Below, one piece after another: positions 17,856 through 18,422 of a stretch of 18,422 nt of DNA. The notes beneath the pieces are model-generated. The model was given only the letters and a program-made list of their open reading frames with translations, had not been told where the DNA came from and did not search any database. Position 1 is the first letter of the stretch. Every line of letters starts with the position of its first letter. Source of the stretch: an uncultured delta proteobacterium (lineage in GTDB: Bacteria > Desulfobacterota > RBG-13-43-22); assembly GCA_963802945.1 (NCBI GenBank), contig CAWDKY010000057.1, positions 1-18,422 of the forward strand, read 5' to 3'. A program made the position numbers and the translations under genes.

Positions 17856-17888
17856 TTGAATCCTTGACCCCTTGAATCCTTGAATCCT
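17781..17888. repeat. Two inverted 4-unit octamer arrays around a 38-bp spacer
   Basis: GGGTTCGA GGATTCGA GGATTCGA GGATTCGA GT (17782-17815) faces AC TTGAATCC TTGACCCC TTGAATCC TTGAATCC (17854-17887). Confidence 0.85.
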
Positions 17889-17894
17889 TTTTTT

Positions 17895-18422
17895 CTAAAA
17901 AGGAAGATCCGTGATACTGAAGATAGCCATCAGCATGGACAAAACAATAAAACCGATGATCAGCCCCATCATTAAGATCATCGCCGGTTCCAGAAAGCTG
18001 ATAAATCTTTTTATGGAGACCCGCAAACTTTTTTCATAAGTGGTCGCTACCCTCACAACATATCATCCAACTGACCGGTCTCCTCCCCCACCTTGATCAT
18101 GGATAAGGCCAGGGGGGAAACACGTTGGAAGCAGAAAGCGGCAGGGCCATGCCCTTGCCTTCTTTCACCCCGGTTGACACATCCTCCAGGGCGGAAGCAA
18201 TCACCTGATTACTGACTACGTCCCTTGAATTTCTTATGGCCTGCAGCAATGGGACCTCGCTCTTAATCAGGGTGCCCAGGGTCCGGCAAAAACGGGCGGT
18301 CTCCAATTTGCGGATTATATCTCCCACCAATTTAAGCTTTATACCATCCCAGCGAAATCGGCCCTGTTCCGATTTGGTGTAAGTCCTGAACAAAAACCAG
18401 CCGGAAACAATCAGAATCAGGG
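17895..18422 (-). CDS. gspF: T2SS inner-membrane platform protein GspF, 3' part, frameshifted
   Basis: It has ARFCRTLGTLIKSEVPLLQA, VKEGKGMALPL..FPP, SMIKVGEETGQLDDM and FLEPAMILMMGLIIGFIVLSMLMAIF, with TAG at 17895. The 5' end lies outside the window. Confidence 0.92.

Overview
This 18.4 kb window is bacterial; gene style suggests Desulfobacterota/deltaproteobacteria (inference). Many single-base frameshifts split the genes, most likely long-read consensus errors. The window holds a split type II secretion system (T2SS). A minus-strand operon gspF-H-I-J-K-L-M-C (11963-18422) faces a divergent pair gspG(-)/gspD(+) (2725-5496), and an unannotated Ig-like lipoprotein gene lies directly behind gspG. 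Around and between these are a secreted alpha/beta hydrolase, an AOR-family aldehyde:ferredoxin oxidoreductase, an exported NHL-repeat protein with a hydrophobic C-terminal tail, a small exported protein and a TIGR04219-like outer-membrane barrel. The most unusual signal is non-coding. All four junctions around the minor pseudopilin genes (F/H, H/I, I/J, J/K) carry 7-mer or 8-mer tandem arrays, and two also carry nested MITEs. The arrays appear to supply ribosome-binding sites, start codons and cleavable leader sequence to the pseudopilin genes. A candidate structured leader or sRNA lies at about 8040-8175.
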